Positions 39,458 through 51,029 of a stretch of 64,000 nucleotides of DNA are shown here, piece after piece. The translations under genes were made by a program, and so were the position numbers. This DNA comes from Rotaria socialis (lineage: Eukaryota): assembly GCA_905331295.1 (NCBI GenBank), contig CAJNYD010000025.1, positions 1 through 64,000 on the forward strand, written 5' to 3'. The stretch's first letter is position 1. The number at the start of each line of letters is the position of its first letter. The notes under the pieces were generated by a model. The model was given only the letters and a program-made list of their open reading frames with translations, was not told the origin of the DNA and did not search any database.

Positions 39458-39966
39458 TCAACCATAGCTGATATATATCGAAGAGAAGTTATTTTAGATG
39501 GTGAAAAAAGTTTTAATAGACATATTAAAGATTGCTCCAGAAGATTTTGCTGGTTTGTTTAATATATAATATTAAAATATACTTTATCTAGATGCTGCCA
39601 GCTATTCGTAACATATATATACTTAATGGTGAAGGTTTTCGTTTTGTTTTTGATGTCACTGATACTGAATCATTTACTGATATAAATGATGTTTAGTAAG
39701 ATAATTTATATGATTTCATCAAAATAATCAACTGTTTGTCTTTCCTATTTTAAGTGAAAGAAATATTCCAGCAATATTAGTTGGGAATAAAATTGATTTA
39801 GCTCATAAACGCAGGGTAACATTTGAAGATGCTGAGCAAAACTCACGAAGTTGGTCAATACGATATATGGAAACATCAGCAAAAACAAAACATTGATACA
39901 GATATTCATCAAACGGCTAAAATCAAAGATAAAAAAAATAATACAAAATGTTATGTTATGTTGTAG
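39458..39966 (+). pseudogene. Ras/Ral-like small GTPase pseudogene (absent from the ORF track)
   Basis: Remnant exons STIADIYRREVILDGE / IDILKIAPEDFA (frameshifted, with degraded DTAGQE), PAIRNIYILNGEGFRFVFDVTDTESF, and NIPAILVGNKIDL...YMETSAKTKH*. No P-loop exon was found upstream. Confidence 0.8.
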
Positions 39967-40123
39967 AAGAGAAAAGAAACAATATGTTAATAATTATTCA
40001 CTTATTTTTTTATATATCTTCATATTCATAGAAGTGAGATGTCTTTTTATGTGATTTATCACAACAATTTGTTCTTGTTACTCACTATTTTGTGGAACTC
40101 ACAAATATGCTTGGGAAGAAGAT

Positions 40124-40217
40124 TGTGGGTGTAAGTTTAAAGACGAGTCTTTGCGGCTCCCCGCCGGATAGGTTTGTGTGCGTCTGCCGTTAAAAAGGCG
40201 AGTAACAAACACCCACA
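40124..40217. repeat. Degenerate telomere-like inverted-termini element with a 76-nt spacer
   Basis: TGTGGGTGT (40124-40132) ... ACACCCACA (40209-40217). Confidence 0.5.
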
Positions 40218-40715
40218 TCCTTTCAATATTTACACAAACAATCCAATTCCGAAGTAAAAAGATCATCCAAAATTAATTTATAGTGTACTTTCCAGCAAAA
40301 GACGTAGGGAATTTTACCACGACCGACATTGTCTCTATAGTTTTTCCTAATTGTAACTTCGAAAAACGAAGATAAAGTTTGGCGGTACAAAAGGTATTAC
40401 GTGAGAGGGTATATCGTTGAACTTCTCCCGTTCTGGTAGGGTACGATTTATTGGCAGTACCCGCCAGCCGCTGATTTAGAAAACGTCTTATTGTTTTCTT
40501 ACCGTGTTCTTCTATGCACCATGATAATCTTACTCAATACTTTCTGCTTTTATTGCTATCACGCTAACACAAAACGACTTCCCTTTAGGTAGAGTACATC
40601 AAATTTTGCAAACATATATTATAATGGAAAATATATCAAAGCATTGAAGAGTAAATAGTTTTGGGAAAGCAAAATAAGTTTCAGTCTAACACAGATCATT
40701 CCACTCGATTAATAG

Positions 40716-43700
40716 TTATCCATATATTTCTGTACTACCGAGAGCATAGCCACCATAATTTCCACCAGCAACTAATATTGCTCCATTTGCCAATGTGGAT
40801 GCTGTATGCAGATATCGTAAAGTAATTACACCAGTCGTATTTTTCCAGATTCCTGTTGATGGATCGTACACTTCTCCATATGTCGTTCTACCAGCAACTA
40901 AAACTGTTCCATCTATCAATGCCGATGCTGTGTGATGTGATCGTGCAGTACTCATGCTGCTCGTATTTTTCCAGAGACCAGTCGATGAATCGTATATTTG
41001 TGCACTACGGAAAGGACGAGTCTTATCCTCTCCCCCAATAACTAAGACTTTTCCACTGGACAAGGTGGTTGTTGTATGCGCGTATCGTGTAGTATCCATG
41101 CTTCCAGTATTTGTCCAGATTCCTGTTAATGGATCGTACACTTCTGCACTACTAAAATAAGCCGTGTCAGTATATCCACCAGCAACTAAGACACTCCCAT
41201 TTGCTAATGTGGATGCTGTGTGCCCGTATCTTGGAGTGTTCATGTTTCCAGTATTTGTCCAAAGTCCTGTTGATGGATCGTACAATTCTGCACTCTTCGA
41301 AGTATATCCACCTGCAACTAAGACTTTTCCATTTGCCAAAAGGGATGATGTGTGCCCGTCTCGCGGAGTATTCATGCTTCCAGTATTTGTCCAACGTCCT
41401 GTTGATGGATCGTACAATTCTGCATTCTTCAAACCATATCCACCTGCAACTAAGACTTTTCCATTTACCAATGTGGATGCTGTGTGCCACTGCCGTGTAG
41501 TATTCATGCTGCCGGTAGCTGTCCAGAGTCCTGTTGATGGATCATACACTTCTGCACTATTCAATGGAGACCCATTATATCCACCAGCAATTAAGACTTT
41601 TCCATTTGGTAATGTGGATGCTGTGTGTATGTATCGTGCAGTAATCAAACTGCCCGTAGTTGACCATCCTAAACAGTAACATTCAAATGGGTTAAGCATA
41701 TCAGCTTTACAAGTAAGACCTTTACATGAACCTTCCACGAAACAGTCTTCGTCAGACATTTTAATGCAAATTTTGAGATATCAACAAACATAATAATGCC
41801 GATTTATATACATCTTGTCGTTATACAGTTTTCACCCAAAAGTTAACCTCCACGAAAAACGATTATGGACGGTTACATAGTATATGACTCAACTTAATAC
41901 AACTATTATTAGTATATAGGACTATTTATGAGTAAGTTTCATGGCTGTTGTATCAGCTGAGTGAGGAGAAACAACAACTTCCAGCATTCCAGGAGTGTGT
42001 GGGATTGAGTATAAGAGCATCTTAGATTGGCTGGAATCTGCTACTATTGAAATATGGATATTTTATTTCATCCCGAAATTAGCATCCCTATGATGGCTCG
42101 CATTTCTATTTTGAATATTCTATACTTGTACAAGCGTATATATCATATTTACAAATATTTCACAATTTCTTTGACTCTGGTCCTTTATTTTGTATACGTT
42201 AGATCATGAGATACGTTCTTCATGAACACTGTTATTGTGAGTAGATATGCTTCGTTATCTTGTTCGCTTGCCTGCCGTCTCCTTCATCCTCTGACATGAC
42301 CGATGGAGGAAGGAGAAAGAGAAAAGCATGTGGTCGGCACATTGTTTTCGTGTCTGTCTTTCCTCGTAGTTGCAATATCGTTCTCAACCACGAAGTTGCA
42401 TGGTTTGTCTCTCTTCCAATTGATCTTATCGTCCTAACTCCTGATCTAATTTTCTACAATCTTGTCAGAGAGTTGACTCCGTCTGAGGAAGAGGAACTAC
42501 ATCTAGCTGAGTGCGAGTGATTAGGAGATATACTCATCACTCCATCCACACCAACACCACGAAAGAAAAAAAGAGTATCGCCAGTCATCGGGAAACTGCT
42601 AGTGAAGAGGAAAATTGGATCATCAGAATATGGGTGATACGAAAGTGTTTAAAAACGAATTTTACCTGCAGCGCGAGCTGTAGTACTTGTGCTGATCCTA
42701 GTGCTGGTGGTCGTGGTTGTGGTCGTGCTTACCCTGGTGCTTGTGCTTGTGCTCGTGCTCGTGGTTGAGGCCGTACTTGTCGTGGTGCTCGTGCTCGTGG
42801 TTGAGGTCGAACTTGTCGTGGTGCTCGTGCTCGTACTAGCAGTGGTACTGTTGCTTGATGCCACTAGAAATGATCATTTACTGTGTGTCACCTGTAGATA
42901 GGATACCTTGACTGAACCCTTAATAGTGGGGCATTTTGTTCAGCTAGAACTGAAACCAACGCGATTTGGGTAAATGATATTAAAATTTGGGACAGTTTTT
43001 GTGAGAATAATTTGTCACGTATCATAACTCATTCAAAACGGTTATATTCCAAAAGACAATCTTTCAGAAAAGACATGTCCTAAAAATGACATCATCGCAT
43101 TTTTTCAAATAGTAGAAAACATTTTTGCTCTATATCTAATATTTTTCGAATATCAGACTTTTGGTGTTTGAAAGCGCAAACATTCCATTCTCGTTGAGTA
43201 AAGCAATATTTTCATACAATGAAAAAAGATATCATGCCAAATTTCAAAGGAGTTTGGAAAAGGTAAACGAATGCAAAACATCCTCTCCATCAGGGTATAG
43301 AATTCCCTTGTATTTGCACAGGACGTACCTAATATATCAATATGATACCAGGTCTGAAACGTTTCAGGAAGATTCTTCAGTGAGACTACGTCAACTTTCA
43401 AAAGATTTAACTCAAAAGGTATTTTTGGACCTCGAGATATATATCTGGACAGTAGTTCTTTAGTTGCTGTGCTTTAGCGGTGTGAACTTGGTAGATGTAC
43501 TTTCTAAAAAAGACAAGGAGAAAAACTCATTCCGAGCTATTCGAATAGCTGTGAATGGATAGAAATGACTGGAAATATCCCAATGAGGTTTTCCTCCCTT
43601 GCGCTAATATCTCCTTCATCAATACTTAATTGAGTTTTCGTAGGCGTTCTTATTAGACATAATATGGTATTAAAAGTTTTTATAGAAATTATAGGTTTGA

Positions 43701-44189
43701 TTTCATTGGCAAAACCTGTAGATGTAGAAGTTGTCTGGGTTGTTGCATTTGAGTTGAGTGGTGGGCACACTTGAGCAACAGCAAGCGCTTGTGGATAACA
43801 CATTGGCTTGTTACAGCGAGTGCTGACAACGCAAACAGTGCAAGGCACTGTGCATGTTACATTATCACTCGAACAAGGTGTCAGGCTCGAGCAAGAGAGC
43901 AGTGCAACGGCACATATCCCACCCGAGCCTAGAGTAAGCGCCAGACATTCACAATCGGAGTTGGTTGAACAAGGCGCCACGCTAGTATTACACGTTGAAG
44001 GTTGGCATTGCAAGCTAGCGAATATTTGCCCTATTCAATATTGAAAATATAGTGTTCATGTTAAGATCGATGCCTGTTCTCACCTAATATGCTAAAACCA
44101 ATAATAGAGGAGTATGAAAAATTATTTTACAGCAATGTTTGTCGTTAGACGTCAGTCACTTACATAAAAATAACCAGCACTATTGACAT
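40716..44189 (-). CDS. Secreted mosaic protein: signal peptide + Cys-rich domain + Thr/Ser linker + Kelch beta-propeller (5 exons)
   Basis: Phase-compatible GT-AG exons 44189-44164, 44091-44084 (8 nt), 44030-43716, 42863-42666 and 41668-40716 give MSIVLVIFIILGQIFASLQCQPSTC...T/S-rich...GWSTTGSLITARYIHTASTLPNGKVLIAGG, with about seven Kelch repeats. Confidence 0.8.
42749..42834. repeat. 36-bp coding tandem repeat in the Thr/Ser exon
   Basis: gtgctcgtgctcgtggttgagg(c/t)cg(t/a)acttgtcgtg, about 2.4 copies. Confidence 0.8.
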
Positions 44190-44502
44190 GTTCGTTGTAC
44201 TGTTGAAAATTTGTAAATGCAAGTAACACAGTGGCTCGAGCTTTATACGTTTCGCATCTACTCTTACGCCTACCATCACCTTCTGGTTGAAAATTGTTCG
44301 AAGCCAACACAGGCAACTGAGTTCAAAAACAAAATCTTCCGCTATTTAAGAAAACAAATATTTTTTCGATTTCTATCCTCAGGAGGGTGCCTGTGTTTCA
44401 GTATTCGCTTCGATGGCACTCACATGCTTGCTAATCGATTATGTGACGTATATATCATTAAATGGAAGTGATTAATTCTTTCAGCATGCGCTTCACTTTA
44501 AT

Positions 44503-44557
44503 AAAATAAGAGGAGAATGGTAAACCCTTGAAGGGTTTATTACTCTACTCTTATTTT
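44503..44557. repeat. Imperfect 55-bp hairpin
   Basis: aaaataagaggagaatggtaaaccctt-g-aagggtttattactctactcttatttt. Confidence 0.7.
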
Positions 44558-44967
44558 CTACAGTGTGTATTTACGTATACAAATAAAGTCATTTTTCTCT
44601 CATTACATGAATGGACTAAGTAAAAAGAACTTGTTGCTACATGAATTATATTCTGTCCGTGCACAATATTAATTCTTTCTCCTAGTCATATTTATTTTTT
44701 ACCTTTATGCACACGGGTCTCCATCAAACAAATAATGATGCATAACTTTGAAAATATAATTACTTCCGTTCTTTTTTCATAAAAAGGATTCGGATATTAC
44801 AGGTTTGAGCAGCCAATATGAAGATAAATTAGTAGAATTCCATAAAGATTACTTGGAAAGTTGCTGATTATTATTTATCCTAGCCATTGGCACCATTATT
44901 GAAGAGCATACAAATTTCGTGTGTATATGTTGCAGGAGAAATTAAAATTCAGTAGAATTTAAAATTC

Positions 44968-45003
44968 TACTAGTAGAAATTAAAATTTTAATTTCTACTA
45001 GTA
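44968..45003. repeat. Perfect 36-bp palindrome in an AT-rich repetitive tract next to the gap
   Basis: tactagtagaaattaaaa|ttttaatttctactagta, with partial copies at 44937-44975 and 45025-45043. Confidence 0.85.
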
Positions 45004-45043
45004 TAACTTAAAATCACCAAATTATTTTAATTTCTACTAGTAT

Positions 45044-45143
45044 NNNNNNNNNNNNNNNNNNNNNNNNNNNNNNNNNNNNNNNNNNNNNNNNNNNNNNNNN
45101 NNNNNNNNNNNNNNNNNNNNNNNNNNNNNNNNNNNNNNNNNNN
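45044..45143. other. Assembly gap (100 N)
   Basis: Run of N. Confidence 0.98.
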
Positions 45144-46211
45144 TTATTATAACGAAATCTGATAGAAATTTCATATTTTATTAGTTGAGGACTACTTATA
45201 ATCTGACGCCAACACTACAGGTCAGTCAGAACCCTGATGTGGTTTCACCGAATCCGACAGTAAGATATGATTGGATTACAATAAGAAGTATCCGAGTATT
45301 GGTCCGCAATCCGGATCGTTCAGGAATTTGTTTGTTTTATAGAAGTTCACATAAAATCCGGTCGCATCCGATTACCGAAATGATTCACCTAGAAATTCTT
45401 CTGATATGTTGTTGTCGTAATAAATTGTTTAATTGGTATTTGAGAACCATAGAAAATAGCGAATGGAAATCCAAAAATATGAATTCTATTGCCACTAGAG
45501 AAACAGTTGAAAAGGTAGCCATGCATTCTCTTTGCCGTTTTGAAGGTGCTTCTGTATCATCCATATTCATATAAATCTAAACAGCACAAAAGATTGACTT
45601 GTGATTCCGAAAGCTCTCTCATCATAATGACAACAATTACCAGTATTGTAGTGCTCGTCTCAATTTTAAAAAGTCAATATTTTTGATCGTGTTGATCGAC
45701 GAGATTGCTTTTTCTTCTTCGCATAGAAAAGCAACAACTGAAATAGTCGAGAGAAACAAAGAAATTTTCCTCTTCAGTATGAATCGCATATCGGTGTAGA
45801 TCAACGACTCTTACTAGGGATACAGGACGTCACTGTTCGGTAAGTTGCGGCCACGTTTCTACCCATTTGTGTTCAGCCGCTAAAAAACTGGCGATTAACC
45901 GGTGATTTTCCACCCGCTTTTATGAGTTCATATAATATCGATATACCTGGTGCTTTATTTTCATTCCAGTTAGATGAAAAAGTGTTGTCAATGATCTCTC
46001 ATTCATTTTTTTTTATAAACTTTAAATAAAAGACGTACAAAGTATGATAAGCATATAAATTCACTGGATTTAACAAAAAAAACAGTAGCTCATCGCTGCA
46101 TTGAAAAATACACAAAAATAAAGATACAACTAGAGATGCATAACGAATCTTGTCTTGTAGACATTTGTTTCAATGTTGCTTTTGTTTAGTATGTAATACG
46201 TATTCTATACT

Positions 46212-46253
46212 GAGTGTGGGCGTATGGGCGAAATAAAAAAAGGGACTCACACC
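46212..46253. repeat. Highly degenerate telomere-like inverted-termini element
   Basis: GAGTGTGGGCGTATGGGCG - 14 nt - ACTCACACC. Confidence 0.45.
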
Positions 46254-46645
46254 GGCACGTGGTAGTTAATCATATTTCTATTAAAATAATGTTCAACGAT
46301 AAAAATGCACTGCTACTTGTGTATGTAAACGAATTGAATTAGATAACAAAATTAATACGGGTGTCTAGTTTCTAATCAAATTTCATTGCTATTCTCGATG
46401 CAATGCAGTAATTAGAATAACAAAAATCACTCATATATACAGATATATGATCTTATGTGAATATCGTTTCGATAATGTACAATTATGTGAAGTCTCAGTC
46501 GTTTAAAAAGCTACATGTATAGAAAATTTGTTTTATGTAGCTTGATAAGATAATCAATAAAATTTGGTATTTGTTGAACAATTAAAAATAATTTATTATT
46601 ATAAAAATAAAAGCAAAACCTATACATTTACAAAAATTGATTTAA

Positions 46646-48274
46646 TCAAATATCAGATAATATTAATTTTTCTTGTTCAGTACCAATTACTATTGAATTA
46701 ATTCCAAATTCTTGTACTCCAAAAGGAAAATTGAATGCTGACACATAAGATGTGTTTTTTTCAACTGAATATACATAATATTTTCCTGATGAACTTTTAA
46801 TAAACCAATAATTATGTTGAAATGGAAAAAATGCATCAACATAATCATTTTCTAATTGAACTATTTTTAATAAATATAAATTTTCATTACGTAATTCAAA
46901 ACGTCTATAAATCGATGATCCTCTACAAATTAGTAAGCCTATTGTTGAATTCGAATTTGTATTCATATGCGATATCCATTCATTTTTATCATCCGTTAAA
47001 CAATCCCAACGTTTAATACATTCATTCATATAAATATCATTTTCATGACCATATGAATATTTCCATAGCTCAATGTAAGTACCAAGTGTACAATATGAAA
47101 TATAAATTAATGTATTATCGAAACAAGATATGCATCGAAAACTAAACGAAAAAAAAAAGAAAGATTAAATTTTAAATCAAATATTCTTTTTCTTTCCTAA
47201 CGGGTAATTTTTGTGTCGTGCAACTGAAATTTCTTGAAATTGATTTGTCTTTTGATCAAATGAAAATAAAGATCGGGGAAGAAGAACCAAAAATAATTCT
47301 GGAAATGAACACCATTTGATATCTACGATATCATCATTATTTATTCTTTTGTGATGGTCAGATAACACAATAGAAGATGTTATTAGTGTCTGTGGTGCTG
47401 AGAAAGGTGAAGGTTTTTACAAAAAAAAAAGAAAACAAATAAATTTAGCAACTAACCTGCTAATATACGAGTTTGAAAACGTCTGTCAATATAATGAAGT
47501 TTTCTTTCATTATCGAGCCATAGGATAGATTCATTCTCTTTGCTTGATGCAAATTTTTTCATACTTTGAACTGATATAGTTCGATAAAATTTTATTGGAG
47601 TTCTGTGTGGTGATATGGATTTACAGGAAAATAGATTATATACATTAATTAAATCTTTTAGAACAATGTTTTTTGTATCTATATGTAGTTCACATTGAAT
47701 TGATTCAAAGAATTGAGTAAGTTGATTAAAATCATATTCTATTGATGACAATTCCTAGGTAAATGAAGAACCAAATTCATAAGAAAACATTAAATGACTC
47801 AACTACTTTTTTAGATATTTCACCAATAGTTTGTATTTGTAACAATTGTGTCCCTATGCTCGATAGTTTTGATTGTAGATATTGTTTAAGAATATCTCCA
47901 CGTTGATTTAACTCTGTTTCTAAACAATTAATTTCATCTAAACGTGATTTGTACATGTTTTCAATGCTGTCAAACATTTGGTTTTTCCAAGCATCAAGTT
48001 TATTATGAGTATTTTCGGATGCTTTTTCAGTAGTAAGATTTGAGACAATCTCCAATAAATCAGTCAATTCTTGAGATAATACTTCTGCTCGCATAATATT
48101 TCGTGTATTATGTTCATTAAGATGTTCAAGACATAAACTTTTGGGGCAATGATGACAAGAATGATGCGCTATTTTTGGACATTCGATTTCATTCTGGCAT
48201 AGACTTGTTGGATTGATTGCAGCTGACAAAAGTTGAGAAGGAGGAGAACTCAATATGAAACCTGTATTGAACAT
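46646..48274 (-). CDS. B-box-like zinc finger + coiled-coil + beta-rich C-terminal protein (multi-exon)
   Basis: CQNEIECPKIAHHSCHHCPKSLCLEHLNEH, then a heptad-rich helix. Consecutive minus-strand ORFs are separated by short AT-rich introns. Confidence 0.65.
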
Positions 48275-48522
48275 CTGTAAAGAAAAAGAGGAAAATGAAA
48301 TGAATTAACTAAATCTATCTCAATCTAGATAAAATAAATTCAAAATTTTGTTTTTTTTTAATTTAATTTTTGAGTTAGCCAAAGAAACTAGATAAGTAAG
48401 AATAAGAAACCTTTTTTTAGAGGAATGTCGCAAGTTTATTCCCGTAACAAAAGAAACATTGCATTATATACACGCAAAACTTCGACAATGATTTGCGCTT
48501 TATCAGTTCAGCAATAATGTCT

Positions 48523-50634
48523 TTAGAATTGAATTCCAAATGTTGATCTATAAAGTAATAACCATATTGGTACAATAGTTAAACACACAACATCAACTGT
48601 CCATGTATTATATAAATGATAAGATGCACAATATGTATCAAGATCATTTGAGAATTGTGCAAAATCTGGAAAAACAAATGTACCAGCCATTATTATCTGT
48701 GCTAAATAATGATAAAGAGCAAGAAAAACTAATGGATTAAGAAATGTAATAAATAAAAATCGACAGGTGAATTTAATAAACCAATGGTCTAATTTTATGA
48801 CTCCGGCGATCAAATAACATGGCATAAGAAAACAAGCAGTAAGAAGTGCCATAGAAAAATTTAATAATGAAAGACAACCCAATAAAGCTGAGCCAATTAG
48901 TAATGTAATGAATTGAAAATGATCGAATTGATGTACATTCGAACGAAATCGACGTAAAATAAATGGACTTAGAAGCATCGTAATTAAACAGACTCCTAAT
49001 AATGATAATTTTAAAGGTATCCATGTCAATACATATGAAAAAGCAAGACATTGAAATATTTCAATGAATATTGGTGAATATTCAGCATCGAATTTCATTG
49101 TTCGACCATGCGTAGCAGCTGAGTTTGTTGATGATGAAGTAAAAAATGACATATAAATAACAAGCGAACGAATCAATGCTGGTAAAGCAATGAAACCCAG
49201 TGGGACCATGTATGTTGCAATTGAAACAAAATTTCGACGATTTATATGAAGATAGAAGAAAAATGATTGATGAAACCGTTCAAGTAAATTATTTAAACTA
49301 CGAATAAAACCTAAATAAATTAAAACATACATAGATTATTCAAAACAAATCCTGTTTGATTTCAATATGAAATATATTGTTGATAATCATGAGAAGATTA
49401 TTCTATTTACATTGGAATATATTTCTTCGCGAACTTTTTACTGGATCCTTCAGAAAAATACAATCTACAGTGATGTATCAACTAAGATATCTTTCTAGGA
49501 TGTATTTCAGCACGCAGAAATTCGAATTTTTATTTCTCACTATTTTATTTACCTTCAATAACATCATCAAAAGCTCTCATTGCAACAGGAGAACTTTGAT
49601 ATTCATGATGTTTATCTAAACTTCCAAAAAGAGTTATCATTTCAATACGATAACGTAGAAATTGTCCATGTACACCATTGGATATACCAGTTGCTAATGT
49701 GAAAACATTGAGCAATAAAGTGCGTGTTGATTGAATTATATAATTCATAAAAGCTTCATTCGTCGATAACTCCACATAAACACCATAAAATGTAGTAGCT
49801 ATAGAATTTTTCTCACATAAATGTACGACCGTATTAATTAAATCAAGATTCGTTAATTGACCATTAATACCATTATGTCGTAAATCAATTGAATAGAATT
49901 TTTCATACGGAAATTCTAATGCTAAACCAGCTTGAATTGATCCAGCATGAGCATCAAGTAGTGACGCTTGTGGATTACTATTGTAATAAGCATCTAGCCA
50001 TACACGTGTGCCATATTCTTGTGCTGCTGGAAAAAGAAGAATAATATCTTTTGACATATATGGCTTGCGATGAAGTGCAAAACCAATGGCTAATGTATGA
50101 GCAATGCCTAAAATAAATTTATTGTTATTTGATAAAATATTTTTATTTCGACTGCTTTTTGAATTTACCAAATACATTAGCTTTGTTTTGTTGAGGTTTC
50201 GTTTGAGTACGAGCATAGAGTGGTGCAACAAGAATGATGGATTCTGTTGACGCTAATCTGGGTGCTCGTACTATACCATAAATATTTTCCTCTGGTTTAT
50301 CGGTTGAATTTCTTCCAATATCTTGTTTATATGCTTCAATACCATTTTCATTTAACATCAATTGAATAACATCAGCTATATCATTATTTTTAAATCCTGT
50401 TCGTAATCGTCCCATAATATTGCGAATGTGCTCAACAGATATATATAAATCGCTGGAAACAAGACCAGGTGACAAAGCATTTTCAGATAGATATGTTCGA
50501 CGGCTAACAATGGGTGAAGTTAAATAGAGAAAACCTAATAGACCAAGTAGAAATAAGCCAGAATACAATTGAAATTGAAATTTATAGAAGTTCTTTGGAA
50601 TATCCCTCGATAATAAATTGCTTAGAAGAGGCAT
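48523..50634 (-). CDS. GPAA1: GPI transamidase component GAA1 (3 exons)
   Basis: RTYLSENALSPGLV, NIYGIVRAPRLASTESI, GSIQAGLALE, GINGQLTNLDLIN and RSLNNLLERFHQSFFFY; multi-TM C-terminus. Confidence 0.93.
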
Positions 50635-50853
50635 CTAGAGAATAAAACAAAATGATTGATAATCTCGAAGTATTCCTCTCGTTAACTACAAATATTCAAG
50701 ATTTGATTTTGTCAATATTCTTCAACTTTCAATGTTGACAATTCGTGTCATTGATATGATTACCTTTTTGTTTTTTCATGTACTTTCTGTTCAAAGTATT
50801 GAATGATCAATTGAAGTAGCGAATGAAAAGAACGAGACAATTATGCGAAGGCA

Positions 50854-50866
50854 GTTGCCTAGAAAC
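50854..50866 (+). promoter_or_regulatory. RFX X-box-like motif in a divergent promoter
   Basis: GTTGCC-T-AGAAAC fits the GYTRYY-N1-3-RRHRAC consensus. Confidence 0.45.
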
Positions 50867-51029
50867 GAACAAGAAAAATGGTACATACAGAATAACAAAA
50901 AAATACTTAAACAATCGATAATGGATTGTTATTTTACATAATAGCAGTACATGCTTTTGAAGCCGTATAAAAAAAACATATAATGTTTCTCTTATGAAAA
51001 CACATTTTGCATTTTTTAGCTTGGAAGTC

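Noticed and set aside
40856..41679. Plus-strand ORFs overlapping the Kelch exon
   Set aside because: They are antisense shadows of repetitive coding sequence.
28325..41759. Microbial contamination or chimeric scaffold as the source of the foreign-type genes
   Set aside because: FDH has spliceosomal introns, base composition looks like the host, and the genes are contiguous with PSMB3 and V-ATPase d with no gap in between.
41669..41759. MSDEDCFVEG... as the start of the Kelch protein
   Set aside because: A phase-compatible tttag acceptor at 41670-41669 better explains it as intron sequence, though this is unconfirmed.
42689..42901. Poly-Val/Leu ORF resembling a membrane peptide
   Set aside because: It is the antisense reading of the Thr/Ser-rich exon.
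45218..45391. Possible MITE (caggtcagtca ... tgattcacctag) and ORF 45185-45574
   Set aside because: The terminal match is too weak to call, and the ORF has no recognisable motif.
32..46253. CRISPR-like interpretation of repeat-spacer-repeat units
   Set aside because: The repeats are inverted, dispersed and single-unit, the context is eukaryotic, and there are no cas genes.
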